A stretch of DNA of 64,000 bases from a virus, in IMG/VR virus record IMGVR_UViG_3300027782_000040; one strand, written 5' to 3'. Positions within the stretch are counted from its first letter, which is position 1. Each line of letters begins with the position of its first letter. Positions 32,551-42,579 of the stretch are shown here, in pieces. The translations under genes and the position numbers were made by a program. Below the pieces are notes generated by a model. It ran no database searches, was not told the origin of the DNA, and saw only the letters and a list, made by a program, of their open reading frames with translations.

Positions 32551-32559
32551 AATTAAGTA

Positions 32560-33249
32560 ATGAATAGTAATTTACCAATATTCCATCCATTTAATTTATT
32601 AAAAAGAATGAACAATTTTTTTAATGAAGTTGTTAATCCACTTTCACCTGAATTTATTGTTGGAGATTTTAAAGACGGAAGAAAAGAATCAGAAAAACAA
32701 GAAAATCCAATACGTGTGTTTCTAATGGATTTAAATTCAGAGGCAAGTAAGTATGGATTTAAATTTAAAAATAGATTAGATGAAAATAATGAAAGAAGTA
32801 CCGAAGATATTATCATTGAAGATTTATTATCGATTGAACATACGGAGCATTTAGGTAATATTAAATCACATATGTCCAAAAATGCAAGTAATATTGGTAA
32901 AGATGGAATAATTGGTTATGCATTAACGGGAGACGACAAATCTTATAAAACCGCACAAATAACTGAATTGTTTCTCAACAAAGTAAAAAATAATGATAAT
33001 AAAATAAATTATGGGTTTTATTATTATATATCTTATAAAAAAGATAAAAAAACATTTTTAGTACACGAATTATCATATATGTCACAAGATGATATTATAA
33101 TTAACCCAACAAATTTTTTACAATCTAAAATGGAATATGAATCAGTTTATAGAACAAGTGAAGAAAGGTTTTATTTTTTGTGGGAAAATTATAAAATGTA
33201 TGTTAGAAAAAATGTAATTAAATTTGACGGTATGGACCCATACCTATAA
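32560..33249 (+). CDS. Putative type II restriction endonuclease
   Basis: Immediately upstream of the MTase, possible D...NIK catalytic motif, low GC. Confidence 0.45.
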   Translation: MNSNLPIFHPFNLLKRMNNFFNEVVNPLSPEFIVGDFKDGRKESEKQENPIRVFLMDLNSEASKYGFKFKNRLDENNERSTEDIIIEDLLSIEHTEHLGNIKSHMSKNASNIGKDGIIGYALTGDDKSYKTAQITELFLNKVKNNDNKINYGFYYYISYKKDKKTFLVHELSYMSQDDIIINPTNFLQSKMEYESVYRTSEERFYFLWENYKMYVRKNVIKFDGMDPYL

Positions 33250-33255
33250 TATATC

Positions 33256-34563
33256 ATGAGTGAAAAAATATTGACGGAAGAAGAAATAAACAAATTAAAT
33301 AAAGATAAATACGGACAGTTCTTTTCAAAGAATCCTGTAATAAGGAACGTAATACAATCTCTCATCTCAAACAAAGGTACAATTATGGAACCTTCAGTTG
33401 GGGAAGGAGATTTAATTTTTGGGTTAGAGAGTAAAGAACCTGTCTTAATAGACTTTAAACCTAAGGTTACGGAAATCAATAGTATTCCCGTAATTGAAAT
33501 GGACTTCTTTAGTTATCCAGTAGAAAATAAATTTAACACAATTATTGGTAACCCACCATTTGTAAAATATAAATTTCTTGACGATAGTGTTGTAGAAAAT
33601 ATAAAACACTATGAATTTAATAAAAAGACTAATCCAAATGGATATAACAAGAAATCAAATCTATATTATTTTTTTATTCATAAGTGTATTGAACAATTAG
33701 AAGATAATGGAGAATTAATTTTTATTACACCAAAAGAGTTCATGTATAATGTGGGAGCGATTACTTTGAGAAATTTCATGTTTCAAAATGGTACAATAAC
33801 TCATTTTATAGATTGCGGAGAGAAAAAGTTATTTACTGATGCATCTGTACCATCTCTTTGTATCTTTAGATTTCAAAAGGGTACATTCTTAAGAGAAACT
33901 AAATTTTGGGAAACAATCGAATCATATGTAAATAAGGATGAATGTGTTATTAAACCAATGAAGATATCAAATGACCAATTTTGTTTTTGTGATGAAGACG
34001 ATACTAACACACTATCAGATTTTTTTGATGTTAAAGTAGGTGTAGTATCAGGATTAGATGGTTTCTATTCAACTGATAGGGTAGAAGATGGTGTTTATAT
34101 ACATAAATTTAGAACTAATAGTGGTTATCAGAATTATTATTTTTTTGACCAAATAAATGATATTAATTTAGTACCGGAGGATATTAGATTGTTATTCTTA
34201 TTAAATAAGGATAAATTAAAAAATAGAAAAATTAAAAAATATACGGATAATGATTGGTGGAAATATGGTGCAGTTAGAAACTTAGAAAATATGTTAAGTG
34301 ACAAAAATAGAATCTATGTCGCACCAAAAACAAGATTAGCAAATCCATTTTTTATGGGACAATCAAATGAACTTTACTCTGGTTCGTTGTTGGGTATATT
34401 TCCTAAAAAAGATAATATTGATTTGGAAAAATCTATTATGTTTTTTAATTCTGATATTTTTAAAAACAGATTAAAACAATTTTTTATAATGATTGAAGAT
34501 AAATTTAATTTTACACCTTCAGTACTTGGAAAAATACCACTAAATTTAAACGAAATAATTTAA
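33256..34563 (+). CDS. Amino-DNA methyltransferase (gamma class, Eco57I/TaqI-like)
   Basis: YGQFFS, MEPSVGEG (motif I), IIGNPPF (motif IV), NLYYFFI and a C-terminal target-recognition domain. Confidence 0.9.
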   Translation: MSEKILTEEEINKLNKDKYGQFFSKNPVIRNVIQSLISNKGTIMEPSVGEGDLIFGLESKEPVLIDFKPKVTEINSIPVIEMDFFSYPVENKFNTIIGNPPFVKYKFLDDSVVENIKHYEFNKKTNPNGYNKKSNLYYFFIHKCIEQLEDNGELIFITPKEFMYNVGAITLRNFMFQNGTITHFIDCGEKKLFTDASVPSLCIFRFQKGTFLRETKFWETIESYVNKDECVIKPMKISNDQFCFCDEDDTNTLSDFFDVKVGVVSGLDGFYSTDRVEDGVYIHKFRTNSGYQNYYFFDQINDINLVPEDIRLLFLLNKDKLKNRKIKKYTDNDWWKYGAVRNLENMLSDKNRIYVAPKTRLANPFFMGQSNELYSGSLLGIFPKKDNIDLEKSIMFFNSDIFKNRLKQFFIMIEDKFNFTPSVLGKIPLNLNEII

Positions 34564-36896
34564 TGAATCCGTTTATAAAAGTAACGTGGGAAGATGTCCC
34601 CGAAAATTTCACCCCTGAAAAAATCAGAAGAGTAAAATCTTATTTTGAGAAAAAATATAATGCTAAGACAGTTCAAGTAATCACTAAAACATTAACGAGT
34701 GTTAATCAAACACGATTAGAATCTTTGGAAGCGTCAGATAATATCTTAGACCACCAATATCAAAAGAAACTAATGAAAGATTTCATTAAGGATAATGAAA
34801 TTGATATTAAATGGGAATTGGTTGATAGGTTAGATAATAAAGTTAATATTCAAATAGATAAATTAAATGAAAACAAAGTTAGATATAATAAATGGTATAT
34901 TAGGAAAGTGGAGTTTTCTAATTTTTTATCATTCGGAGATAATAACGTTATTGATTTTACTGGGTTGGACGGTATTACGGTAATTGAATCCACACCAAAG
35001 AACTTCGGCGGTAAATCTACATCTTCAGTAGATCTTTTAATGTTCTTATTTTTTAATACAACAACAAAGACAAAAACTAACGGTGAAATCTTTAATAGAT
35101 TTACCGATAAGAATGATGTAAGTGTTCGTGGTGAAATCACTATTGATGGTGATGACTACGTCATTGAAAGAAAGACATCTCGTAAGATGGGTAAGTCTGG
35201 TGAGTACACCGTTAAAAATGAATTAGAGTTTTATAAAAAAACTGAAGATGGAGAAATCGTAAATTTATCGGGTGAACAAAGAAGAGAAACGGAAGCATTT
35301 ATATCTTCAGCAATTGGAACAGAAGAAGATTTCTTATCAACCATATTAACAACTGGTTATAATTTAGAAGAACTGATTGAATCCAAACCAACCGCTCGTG
35401 GACAAATCTTAACAAAGTTCATGGGGTTGGAAAACTTAAAAATTAAAGAAGAACTTGCAAAAGAAATTTATAACGATTGGGGTAAGAAATTGGTATCCAA
35501 CACATATAACAAAGTTAGTTTAGAATCTGATAATGAAACATACAAAGAAAGTATTACCAATTCAGAAAATGAGATTGTAAAATTAACAAAAGAATTAGGT
35601 AAGTTTGAAAAGGATTTAGACAAGTTAGAAAAGAAAAGAGATGATGTATTTTTAAAAAGAAATAATGATGTTGATAAAGAATTACTGAATACAAATCCAA
35701 CTTTATTACAAAGAGAAGTTACTTTTTTATTAACTCAAAAAAATGTAAGTCAAACAAACGCCGACGGAGTTAGTGTTGTTGAACCATCACAATTCTATGA
35801 TGAAGATCAACACAAAGAGTTAAAAGGTGAAATGGCAAATCTTCAAGGAATTGATGTTGTATCCAAATATGAAAAAACTCAAAGAGAAAAATTAATTAAA
35901 CAATTTGAAGAAGGAACAGTTTGTCCTACTTGTAATCGTGCGTTAGATGAAGTAGATCATACGGACGAGATTGAAAAGATTAAAAAAGAAATTGAAGATA
36001 TCATTAAGGAGATGGAATTAAATCAAAATCAATTTGATTTATTAAAAGAACAATCTGAAGGATTTGATAAATTAAAAACCGAATTTGAAGCTTACGAAAG
36101 AAACAAACTTCGTAAGGAAAGATATCAATTAGAGATTGAACAAAAACAATTGGAGATTGATAGTAAACAAAAAAGATTAGATAATTACGAAAGTAATAAA
36201 AAGAAACTTGAGGATAACCAAAAGATTGATGCTGAAGTGATTGCACTTAAAACTAAAATAGAAACAGCAAACGGAGATATTAGACAGACAAACACTAACA
36301 TTGAAAAACATACCAATAACATTTCAAATATGAATGGTAAGGTTGGTATCAATGAGGAGTTAATTAAAAAGATTACGGCGGAGGAAGAATTAGCTGCCGT
36401 GTTTAAAATATACTTAACCGTTTATGGTAAAAACGGAATATCTAAAATCATTCTTAAAAATATGATTCCATTAATCAATCAGGAATTGTATCGTTTGTTA
36501 GTTGATAGTTGTCATTTCATTTTAGAGATGAATATAAACGATAAGAACGAGGTTGAATTTATTATGATAGATACTGAAACTCGTATTGTTAAGCCTCTTA
36601 ATGCGGGGTCTGGTTATGAAAGAACCATATCCTCATTGGCACTTCGTAGTGTATTAACTAAAATATCATCATTACCTAAACCTAACATCGTAGTTATGGA
36701 CGAGGTGTTTGGTAAGATTGCTGACGAGAACTTGGAAATGGTCGGTGAGTTCTTTAAAAAGATTAAAAATTATTTTGACCATATACTTGTCATATCACAC
36801 AATTCTTTAATACGTAATTGGTCTGATAATATCGTTATGATTAAGAAAGAAGAAAATGTTTCATCCATAGATTTTATCACAACAAAAATTTCTTAG
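34563..36896 (+). CDS. SbcC/Rad50 (gp46-like) ATPase
   Basis: NFLSFG, GGKST Walker A, coiled coil with CPTC hook, GSGYE signature, VVMDE Walker B, VISH. Confidence 0.92.
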   Translation: MNPFIKVTWEDVPENFTPEKIRRVKSYFEKKYNAKTVQVITKTLTSVNQTRLESLEASDNILDHQYQKKLMKDFIKDNEIDIKWELVDRLDNKVNIQIDKLNENKVRYNKWYIRKVEFSNFLSFGDNNVIDFTGLDGITVIESTPKNFGGKSTSSVDLLMFLFFNTTTKTKTNGEIFNRFTDKNDVSVRGEITIDGDDYVIERKTSRKMGKSGEYTVKNELEFYKKTEDGEIVNLSGEQRRETEAFISSAIGTEEDFLSTILTTGYNLEELIESKPTARGQILTKFMGLENLKIKEELAKEIYNDWGKKLVSNTYNKVSLESDNETYKESITNSENEIVKLTKELGKFEKDLDKLEKKRDDVFLKRNNDVDKELLNTNPTLLQREVTFLLTQKNVSQTNADGVSVVEPSQFYDEDQHKELKGEMANLQGIDVVSKYEKTQREKLIKQFEEGTVCPTCNRALDEVDHTDEIEKIKKEIEDIIKEMELNQNQFDLLKEQSEGFDKLKTEFEAYERNKLRKERYQLEIEQKQLEIDSKQKRLDNYESNKKKLEDNQKIDAEVIALKTKIETANGDIRQTNTNIEKHTNNISNMNGKVGINEELIKKITAEEELAAVFKIYLTVYGKNGISKIILKNMIPLINQELYRLLVDSCHFILEMNINDKNEVEFIMIDTETRIVKPLNAGSGYERTISSLALRSVLTKISSLPKPNIVVMDEVFGKIADENLEMVGEFFKKIKNYFDHILVISHNSLIRNWSDNIVMIKKEENVSSIDFITTKIS

Positions 36897-36912
36897 TTTC
36901 AAATATCTTAAT

Positions 36913-36920
36913 TATATTTG
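36913..36920 (+). promoter_or_regulatory. Bacteroidota-type -7 promoter element TAnnTTTG
   Basis: TATATTTG lies 23 nt upstream of the clpP ATG. Confidence 0.4.
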
Positions 36921-36943
36921 TCTTATAAACTAAATTTACTTTT

Positions 36944-37621
36944 ATGACACCAAAAGATTACCAACAATTTGGACTTTACGCTAAAGACAAAGGGATAAGC
37001 TCCTTAGATTTACATTATCACAATCAAAAAATTCAAGATAGTTTAACTCCATATATTTTGGAGGAGAGACAAATGAATGTTACAATAATGGATGTGTTCT
37101 CAAGATTGATGATGGAACGTATCATTTGGGTTGCTGGTGGTGTAGATGACCATATGTCAACTATTTGTCAAGCACAATTAATGTTCTTGGATAGTTTAGA
37201 TCATAATGACATTACAATGCACATCGATAGTCCAGGTGGAAGTGTAAAATCAGGTTTATCAATTGTGGATGTTATGGACTATATCACATCTGACATTAGA
37301 ACCATCAATACAGGTATGGCGGCGTCAATGGGTTCGGTCCTATTAGGGGCAGGTACCAAAGGTAAAAGAGGGTCATTGAGGTTCTCTCAAACCATGTTAC
37401 ACCAATCATCAGGCGGTGCTGGTGGTAATATTCAAGATGCGAGAATTACTTTTCAAGAATGGGAAAAAGTAAACAATATCCTATTTGAATTATTAGGTGA
37501 ATATTGTGGAAAAACCGCTGAACAGGTTAAAAACGACGCTTCAAGGGATTTGTGGTTAAATGCGGAAGATGCACTTACCTATGGAATTATTGATGAAATA
37601 GTAAAAAAGAAGAAAAAATAA
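36944..37621 (+). CDS. clpP: ATP-dependent Clp protease proteolytic subunit
   Basis: DVFSRLMMERII, DSPGG, AASMG (Ser), MLHQ (His), SRD (Asp). Confidence 0.95.
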   Translation: MTPKDYQQFGLYAKDKGISSLDLHYHNQKIQDSLTPYILEERQMNVTIMDVFSRLMMERIIWVAGGVDDHMSTICQAQLMFLDSLDHNDITMHIDSPGGSVKSGLSIVDVMDYITSDIRTINTGMAASMGSVLLGAGTKGKRGSLRFSQTMLHQSSGGAGGNIQDARITFQEWEKVNNILFELLGEYCGKTAEQVKNDASRDLWLNAEDALTYGIIDEIVKKKKK

Positions 37622-37623
37622 TC

Positions 37624-37645
37624 AAAGGGGGATAAAACCCCCTTT
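37624..37645 (+). terminator. Intrinsic terminator-like hairpin
   Basis: AAAGGGGG-ATAAAA-CCCCCTTT. Confidence 0.7.
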
Positions 37646-37674
37646 CTTCATATTTATAATAAAACATAGAATAG

Positions 37675-38316
37675 ATGAAAAAATTATTAAACTTAAAAAA
37701 CATTGCAATAGCATTATTAATTGTAATTGTAGTTTTCCAACAATGCGGTGGAAACAAAAAAGGAACGGGCGAAATTGTGAAAATAGATGGTAAAAAATAT
37801 GAACTTATTAAACATGAAATTGATACAGTTGAAGTGGTTAAGACAAAGGTAGTAACTAAAAAAGGTGAAGACATTTATCACGAAACAATTAAGGAAGTAA
37901 CCATTCCTGCAATTGTAGATACTCAAGCTTTATTACACGATTATTTTGCAAAGAATATCTATAAAGATACATTACAATTACCAGATAGTTTGGGAACCGT
38001 ATCTTTAATTGATACCATCACTCAAAACAAAATTTTAGGTAGAACGTTTAATGCAAGTGTTAAACAAAGAACTATTAAAGAAACTACAATTGTAAAAGAA
38101 TTACCAAAGACTAAAGTATTTTATGGTTTTGAAGGTGGTTTTAACAAAGTGGATGTGGTATCTCATTTAGGATTTGGAGTTTTAATTAATACAAAACAAG
38201 ATAAAATATTCCATTTAGGAATTGGTGCAGCAAATAGAGTAACAGACGGAACCAACGGTGTATTAGCACCTTATATTGGAGGTGGTGTGTATTGGAAATT
38301 GAAACTTAAAAAATAA
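37675..38316 (+). CDS. Membrane-anchored/lipoprotein-like protein (possible spanin component)
   Basis: N-terminal TM then QQCGG, a DT-rich middle and C-terminal beta-strands ending GVYWK. Preceded by TATTTAT. Confidence 0.5.
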   Translation: MKKLLNLKNIAIALLIVIVVFQQCGGNKKGTGEIVKIDGKKYELIKHEIDTVEVVKTKVVTKKGEDIYHETIKEVTIPAIVDTQALLHDYFAKNIYKDTLQLPDSLGTVSLIDTITQNKILGRTFNASVKQRTIKETTIVKELPKTKVFYGFEGGFNKVDVVSHLGFGVLINTKQDKIFHLGIGAANRVTDGTNGVLAPYIGGGVYWKLKLKK

Positions 38317-38323
38317 CCCATAA

Positions 38324-38770
38324 ATGAATACATATGTATTATTTATTTTTGGTATGTTTGATGACCACGAAGATGTTGAGTATTTTTGTACCGATGTTAT
38401 AGGTGAAAGTAAAGTTATCAAATCAATTAGATTCATTATAGAAAATTCAGAGAATATAATAGTAATATTTGATTCTGAAATGGAACCAACAGAGGTTGAC
38501 CAAGAATTATATACAATATTAATTGACGAACATATTAAATTTTATTTCTTATTCAAAAGAGAAGATATGGTCACGGCTCACTTACCCCAACAAATTAAAG
38601 ATTTAATTTTTACCCCGACTATTGATAATACGATAATTAGGGTTGATTATGAAAAAAACAAAAAAAGGGAAACTTTAGATTTGGACAGATTACTTGAAAA
38701 AATAGAAGAATCTGGAATTGAGAGCCTTACAGTAGAAGAAAAAAACTTCCTTGACAATTTTGAAAATTAA
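38324..38770 (+). CDS. Hypothetical protein with C-terminal DUF6576-like helix pair
   Basis: LDRLLEKIEESGIESLTVEEKNFL. Confidence 0.6.
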   Translation: MNTYVLFIFGMFDDHEDVEYFCTDVIGESKVIKSIRFIIENSENIIVIFDSEMEPTEVDQELYTILIDEHIKFYFLFKREDMVTAHLPQQIKDLIFTPTIDNTIIRVDYEKNKKRETLDLDRLLEKIEESGIESLTVEEKNFLDNFEN

Positions 38771-38818
38771 GATATATTTCTTATCTTAGTACTATCCATC
38801 CACTTAAACTTACACCAC

Positions 38819-39634
38819 ATGAAAAAATCTATTTTAGTTAATCCAGACGAGATTCAATTGTACATTAAAGATTTACGAAAAATTCCTGTAATGTCACATC
38901 AAAGACAGGAAGAAGTTTTTGAATTATTAAACAATAAAAAAACTGATAAAGAAACAAAAGAAAAACTTTATAATGAATTGGTTGTTGGTAATTTAAGATT
39001 TGTAATATCCGTAGCTAAAATGTTCCAAAATCAAGGAATGGATTTATTGGATATTATTTCAGAAGGCAATATTGGTTTGATAAAGGCAGCGGAAAGATTT
39101 GACCCGACGACTGGTTTGAAATTTATTTCATATGCGGTGTGGTGGGTCAGACAATCAATAATGGCATCCTTAAATGAAAACTGTAGAACAATTCGTATAC
39201 CATCAAATTTGGTACAGGATGCTCAAAAACAAAAGAAAGTTGAAATAAGTGAAGAAGATAATTTCTTTATAAATAATGTTGAAGATGAAACACCAATCGG
39301 TGTTAATCTCCCATACTGTATTGGTTTATATAAAGAAATCAACGAGGACGGAGACCAATTAATTGATGTTATACCTAATAGAGAAGCGGAAAGCCCCGAT
39401 GCAATTCTTAATTCACCAGAAGAAATAAAGAAAAAAGTTTCAGCAATGTTAAGTGTGTTGGATGAGAGAGAAAAGATAATTATTGAAAAATACTATGGGT
39501 TAACGGGTATAGAATCTAACTTGGAGGACTTAGGTGAGGAGTTTGGTTGTACTAAAGAACGTATAAGACAACTAAGAGATAAGGCCATTAAGAAGCTCAG
39601 AAACGAGAGTTTTGGTTTATTAAACTATTTATAA
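38819..39634 (+). CDS. RNA polymerase sigma-70 family factor (RpoD/RpoH-like)
   Basis: NLRFVISVAK, EGNIGLIKAAERFD, FISYAVWWVRQ, region 4 TKERIRQLRDKAIKKLR. Confidence 0.95.
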   Translation: MKKSILVNPDEIQLYIKDLRKIPVMSHQRQEEVFELLNNKKTDKETKEKLYNELVVGNLRFVISVAKMFQNQGMDLLDIISEGNIGLIKAAERFDPTTGLKFISYAVWWVRQSIMASLNENCRTIRIPSNLVQDAQKQKKVEISEEDNFFINNVEDETPIGVNLPYCIGLYKEINEDGDQLIDVIPNREAESPDAILNSPEEIKKKVSAMLSVLDEREKIIIEKYYGLTGIESNLEDLGEEFGCTKERIRQLRDKAIKKLRNESFGLLNYL

Positions 39635-39646
39635 AAATATAACATT

Positions 39647-39940
39647 ATGAAAAAGTTAATTGAATTAATAAAAACATATAAACTACAGATACTGATTTTT
39701 TTAACAGTCATCTTCTTTTTTAAGTCTTGTAGTAACTCAAGTAAAGTGTCTAAATTAGAAAAAATTGAAAAACAAAACGTCTTTATGATTGATAGTCTTA
39801 AAACTGCACATAAAAATGAGAAAATTGCAATTCATGGTTTTTATGATAATTGGATCACACAAAAAGACAGAGGACCACAATTAATGGAGCTACATCTAAT
39901 CGTTAAGGAAAATCTAAAAAAAGAACAAGAATCTAAATGA
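39647..39940 (+). CDS. Small membrane-anchored protein
   Basis: N-terminal TM followed by KSC. Preceded by TATTTAT. Confidence 0.6.
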   Translation: MKKLIELIKTYKLQILIFLTVIFFFKSCSNSSKVSKLEKIEKQNVFMIDSLKTAHKNEKIAIHGFYDNWITQKDRGPQLMELHLIVKENLKKEQESK

Positions 39941-41016
39941 AACATTGGTTAAACCAAAATTTTAAAACATTAATCATTGCGGCATTTTTGATTCCAATCA
40001 TTACTGTGGCGATTGTTTCTATTTCACACGTAACAAAATGGTATGGTATATCCAATCCAATAAGTTGGGCAGTTTATTTATCAATTGGAATTGAGATTGC
40101 TGCATTATCGGCATTAGCGGCTATTTCTGCAAACATGGGTAAGAAAGTTTATTTTCCATTTGCGGTTGTAACATTAATTCAATTCATTGGTAACATATTT
40201 TTTGCGTATACATATATCGACATCAACGGACAATCATTTAAAGATTGGGTTGATTTGGTATCACCATTAACAGAATTAATGGGAGTAGACCCAACTGACT
40301 TAGTAGGTAATAAAAGATTCTTAGCATTTTTTGCTGGAGGTATGTTACCAATCATTTCATTATCCTTTCTTCATATGTTAGTTAAATTTACTGAAGAAGA
40401 TAGATTAAAAGAAGATGAGGAAACACCACCATCTAATCCTGAAGATTTAAAAAACTTTGTTGATGAAACCACAAGATTACATTTAACTGAAAACGATTTA
40501 ATGAAGTTAGAAGAAACTTTATTAAATCCACCAAAACCAAATGACAATTTAAAATCTGCTGCCGAATATTATAAAATGAAGACAGATATTGAACGTGAAA
40601 AACGTGGAGAACTATTAGCGGAGATGATGAAGAACGACCAAGAATTAGGTTTATATGACGATACATCAGATTGGGATGTTACTTTAATGGATGGTTTAGA
40701 AGATGAAGAACCATTCTTTACTGAAGAAGAAACGGAGAAAATTTTACAAGAAGAACCAACTGAAGAAGAAATTCAAAGAAATTTTTCCACTATAGAACCT
40801 AAAACGGAGAATATTTTACAAGAAGAACCAACAACAACCGCAAATAATAAAATATTCACAACAATTGAACAACATAAAAAGAATGGTTATAAAGTAAGTC
40901 AAATTCCTGAAGATGACGAAAGAATGAACATTATAGGTCAGAATGGAAATGAAGGGTTACATTACGACAATGAAGAAGATACATCATTAGAAAAAAATGA
41001 TGAAAAAAAAAATTAA
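39937..41016 (+). CDS. Four-TM membrane protein with long acidic tail, ending at an A10 slippery run
   Basis: Four hydrophobic segments in the first 150 aa. Ends GAA AAA AAA AAT TAA. Confidence 0.8.
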   Translation: MKHWLNQNFKTLIIAAFLIPIITVAIVSISHVTKWYGISNPISWAVYLSIGIEIAALSALAAISANMGKKVYFPFAVVTLIQFIGNIFFAYTYIDINGQSFKDWVDLVSPLTELMGVDPTDLVGNKRFLAFFAGGMLPIISLSFLHMLVKFTEEDRLKEDEETPPSNPEDLKNFVDETTRLHLTENDLMKLEETLLNPPKPNDNLKSAAEYYKMKTDIEREKRGELLAEMMKNDQELGLYDDTSDWDVTLMDGLEDEEPFFTEEETEKILQEEPTEEEIQRNFSTIEPKTENILQEEPTTTANNKIFTTIEQHKKNGYKVSQIPEDDERMNIIGQNGNEGLHYDNEEDTSLEKNDEKKN

Positions 41017-41255
41017 TAGACCCCCAAATTCCAATAACGGAAAAAAACGTCCTAACGTTAGAATCTCAAGATTCTGATAATTTATATTGGGAAAAAGATG
41101 ATGTAAATCCAAACCAAGTACTATATGATTTGGAAAATAATAAGGTTATAATATCTAATGATGATATAACCCTTAACTCACCACTAACTGATTTAGGCCC
41201 TAAATTCATTAAGAAAAATGTTAGTAATACACGAAATAGAAAAAATAGATTATAA
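41004..41255 (+). CDS. Start-less -1 frame extension of 39937..41016 (frameshift/slippage product)
   Basis: 83 open codons KKKLIDPQIP...RKNRL*, bounded by TGA 41001-41003. Fills the gap to the amidase. Confidence 0.55.
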   Translation, partial: KKKLIDPQIPITEKNVLTLESQDSDNLYWEKDDVNPNQVLYDLENNKVIISNDDITLNSPLTDLGPKFIKKNVSNTRNRKNRL

Positions 41256-41841
41256 TAGTTTAATTATTAATAAAAGAAAATCTAAAAAAACTCAAATATT
41301 CCTATACGATACACAAAGAAGATTTGACGACTTTGTTAATAAAATTGAACATCGTAATAATGGTAAGTTTGATGACATCCCACATTTTATAGTTACAAAA
41401 TTAGGTAGTATATATCAATTGTTTGACACTGACCATAGTTCTAATACGTTTAATGACTCACAGAACGACAAGAGGATGATTAAAATAGCAATTGAGAACT
41501 TGGGTTGGTTGAATAAGAATACCATCACTGGTGTCCTTAATAATTGGATTGGAGACCCATATAGGTCAGAACCTCATATACGTAACTGGAGGAACTACTA
41601 TTTTTGGGATAAGTATACTGAAATCCAAATGAATTCACTATCTGAACTATGTGATTCCCTATGTGATAAACACGAAATACCAAAACAAACTGTACCGTCC
41701 CAAGGATATTTGGAAAACATATCTAATTTCAAGGGAATAGTATGTAAATCCAACTTTTCAAGTATTTATACAGATATAAACCCTTCTTTTAATTTTGGGG
41801 TCTTTTTTAATTATGCAAATGAAAATGAAAACAGATTATGA
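41218..41841 (+). CDS. N-acetylmuramoyl-L-alanine amidase-like protein (catalytic residues look degenerate)
   Basis: PHFIVTKLGSIYQL, IAIENLGWL, YTEIQMNSL..LC, TDINPSF. The usual Zn-binding His residues are not evident. Confidence 0.65.
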   Translation: MLVIHEIEKIDYNSLIINKRKSKKTQIFLYDTQRRFDDFVNKIEHRNNGKFDDIPHFIVTKLGSIYQLFDTDHSSNTFNDSQNDKRMIKIAIENLGWLNKNTITGVLNNWIGDPYRSEPHIRNWRNYYFWDKYTEIQMNSLSELCDSLCDKHEIPKQTVPSQGYLENISNFKGIVCKSNFSSIYTDINPSFNFGVFFNYANENENRL

Positions 41842-42340
41842 TGTAACCAAGAATATGTTAAAGACCATTAGGTCTATAACAGAAACTAAAGTATTAAAAC
41901 AATCAATTAATGAGGTGGCCGAATTTGAATCAACATTATCTGACAATACTGACCAAGAACAAAAAAATGATGTTACAGTAATCAACAATGTTGATGTTAA
42001 GTTATTATCTACAGATCAAGCTGACATGACATTGAGTGAAACACAAAAAACTACAATTTCAGGTTTAATTGATAATTTCAAACAACAAGTTTCACAAATT
42101 GCAGAATTTGACCCAGGGATGACCATTAACCAAGACCAAATCAGATTGGATGGTTATTTACCAGATGAAGATATTAACTTTGTTTTTATCGCTGGAACCG
42201 AAAGTGGTGTTTATATTAATGCTGATATGTTGAAACTTGAACAAAATGTTGCGACAGCGTTAGAAAAATTGGCGAAATTTGATGAAACATTCAAAACATC
42301 AATTGAACCATTAATAAATCAAAGAGATAATAACATATAA
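41819..42340 (+). CDS. Hypothetical (probable virion/head-associated) protein, start uncertain (41813-41825)
   Basis: ORF in a late cluster. TATTTAT at 41763. Confidence 0.55.
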   Translation: MKMKTDYDVTKNMLKTIRSITETKVLKQSINEVAEFESTLSDNTDQEQKNDVTVINNVDVKLLSTDQADMTLSETQKTTISGLIDNFKQQVSQIAEFDPGMTINQDQIRLDGYLPDEDINFVFIAGTESGVYINADMLKLEQNVATALEKLAKFDETFKTSIEPLINQRDNNI

Positions 42341-42579
42341 TGGCATTAACAGACCAAGATAAAAAAGAAATAGAAAGAATCACCAAAAGGGAGATTAAAG
42401 ATTTTATGGACTCAACCCAAGCCACAAGAATTGTTGTTAAAATGATTCAAGATGAGTTAGGAACCAAAAAAATAGATGATAAAATCGTTGACCTTTCAAC
42501 TAAAGTGGTTGTTGAACTTTTCAAGACCTTATGGCAGAGAAAGGGATTCTGGGAAAGTGCATTAAAAAGTGTAAGATAA
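42340..42579 (+). CDS. Hypothetical protein
   Basis: 79 aa, TAATG-coupled on both sides. Confidence 0.7.
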   Translation: MALTDQDKKEIERITKREIKDFMDSTQATRIVVKMIQDELGTKKIDDKIVDLSTKVVVELFKTLWQRKGFWESALKSVR

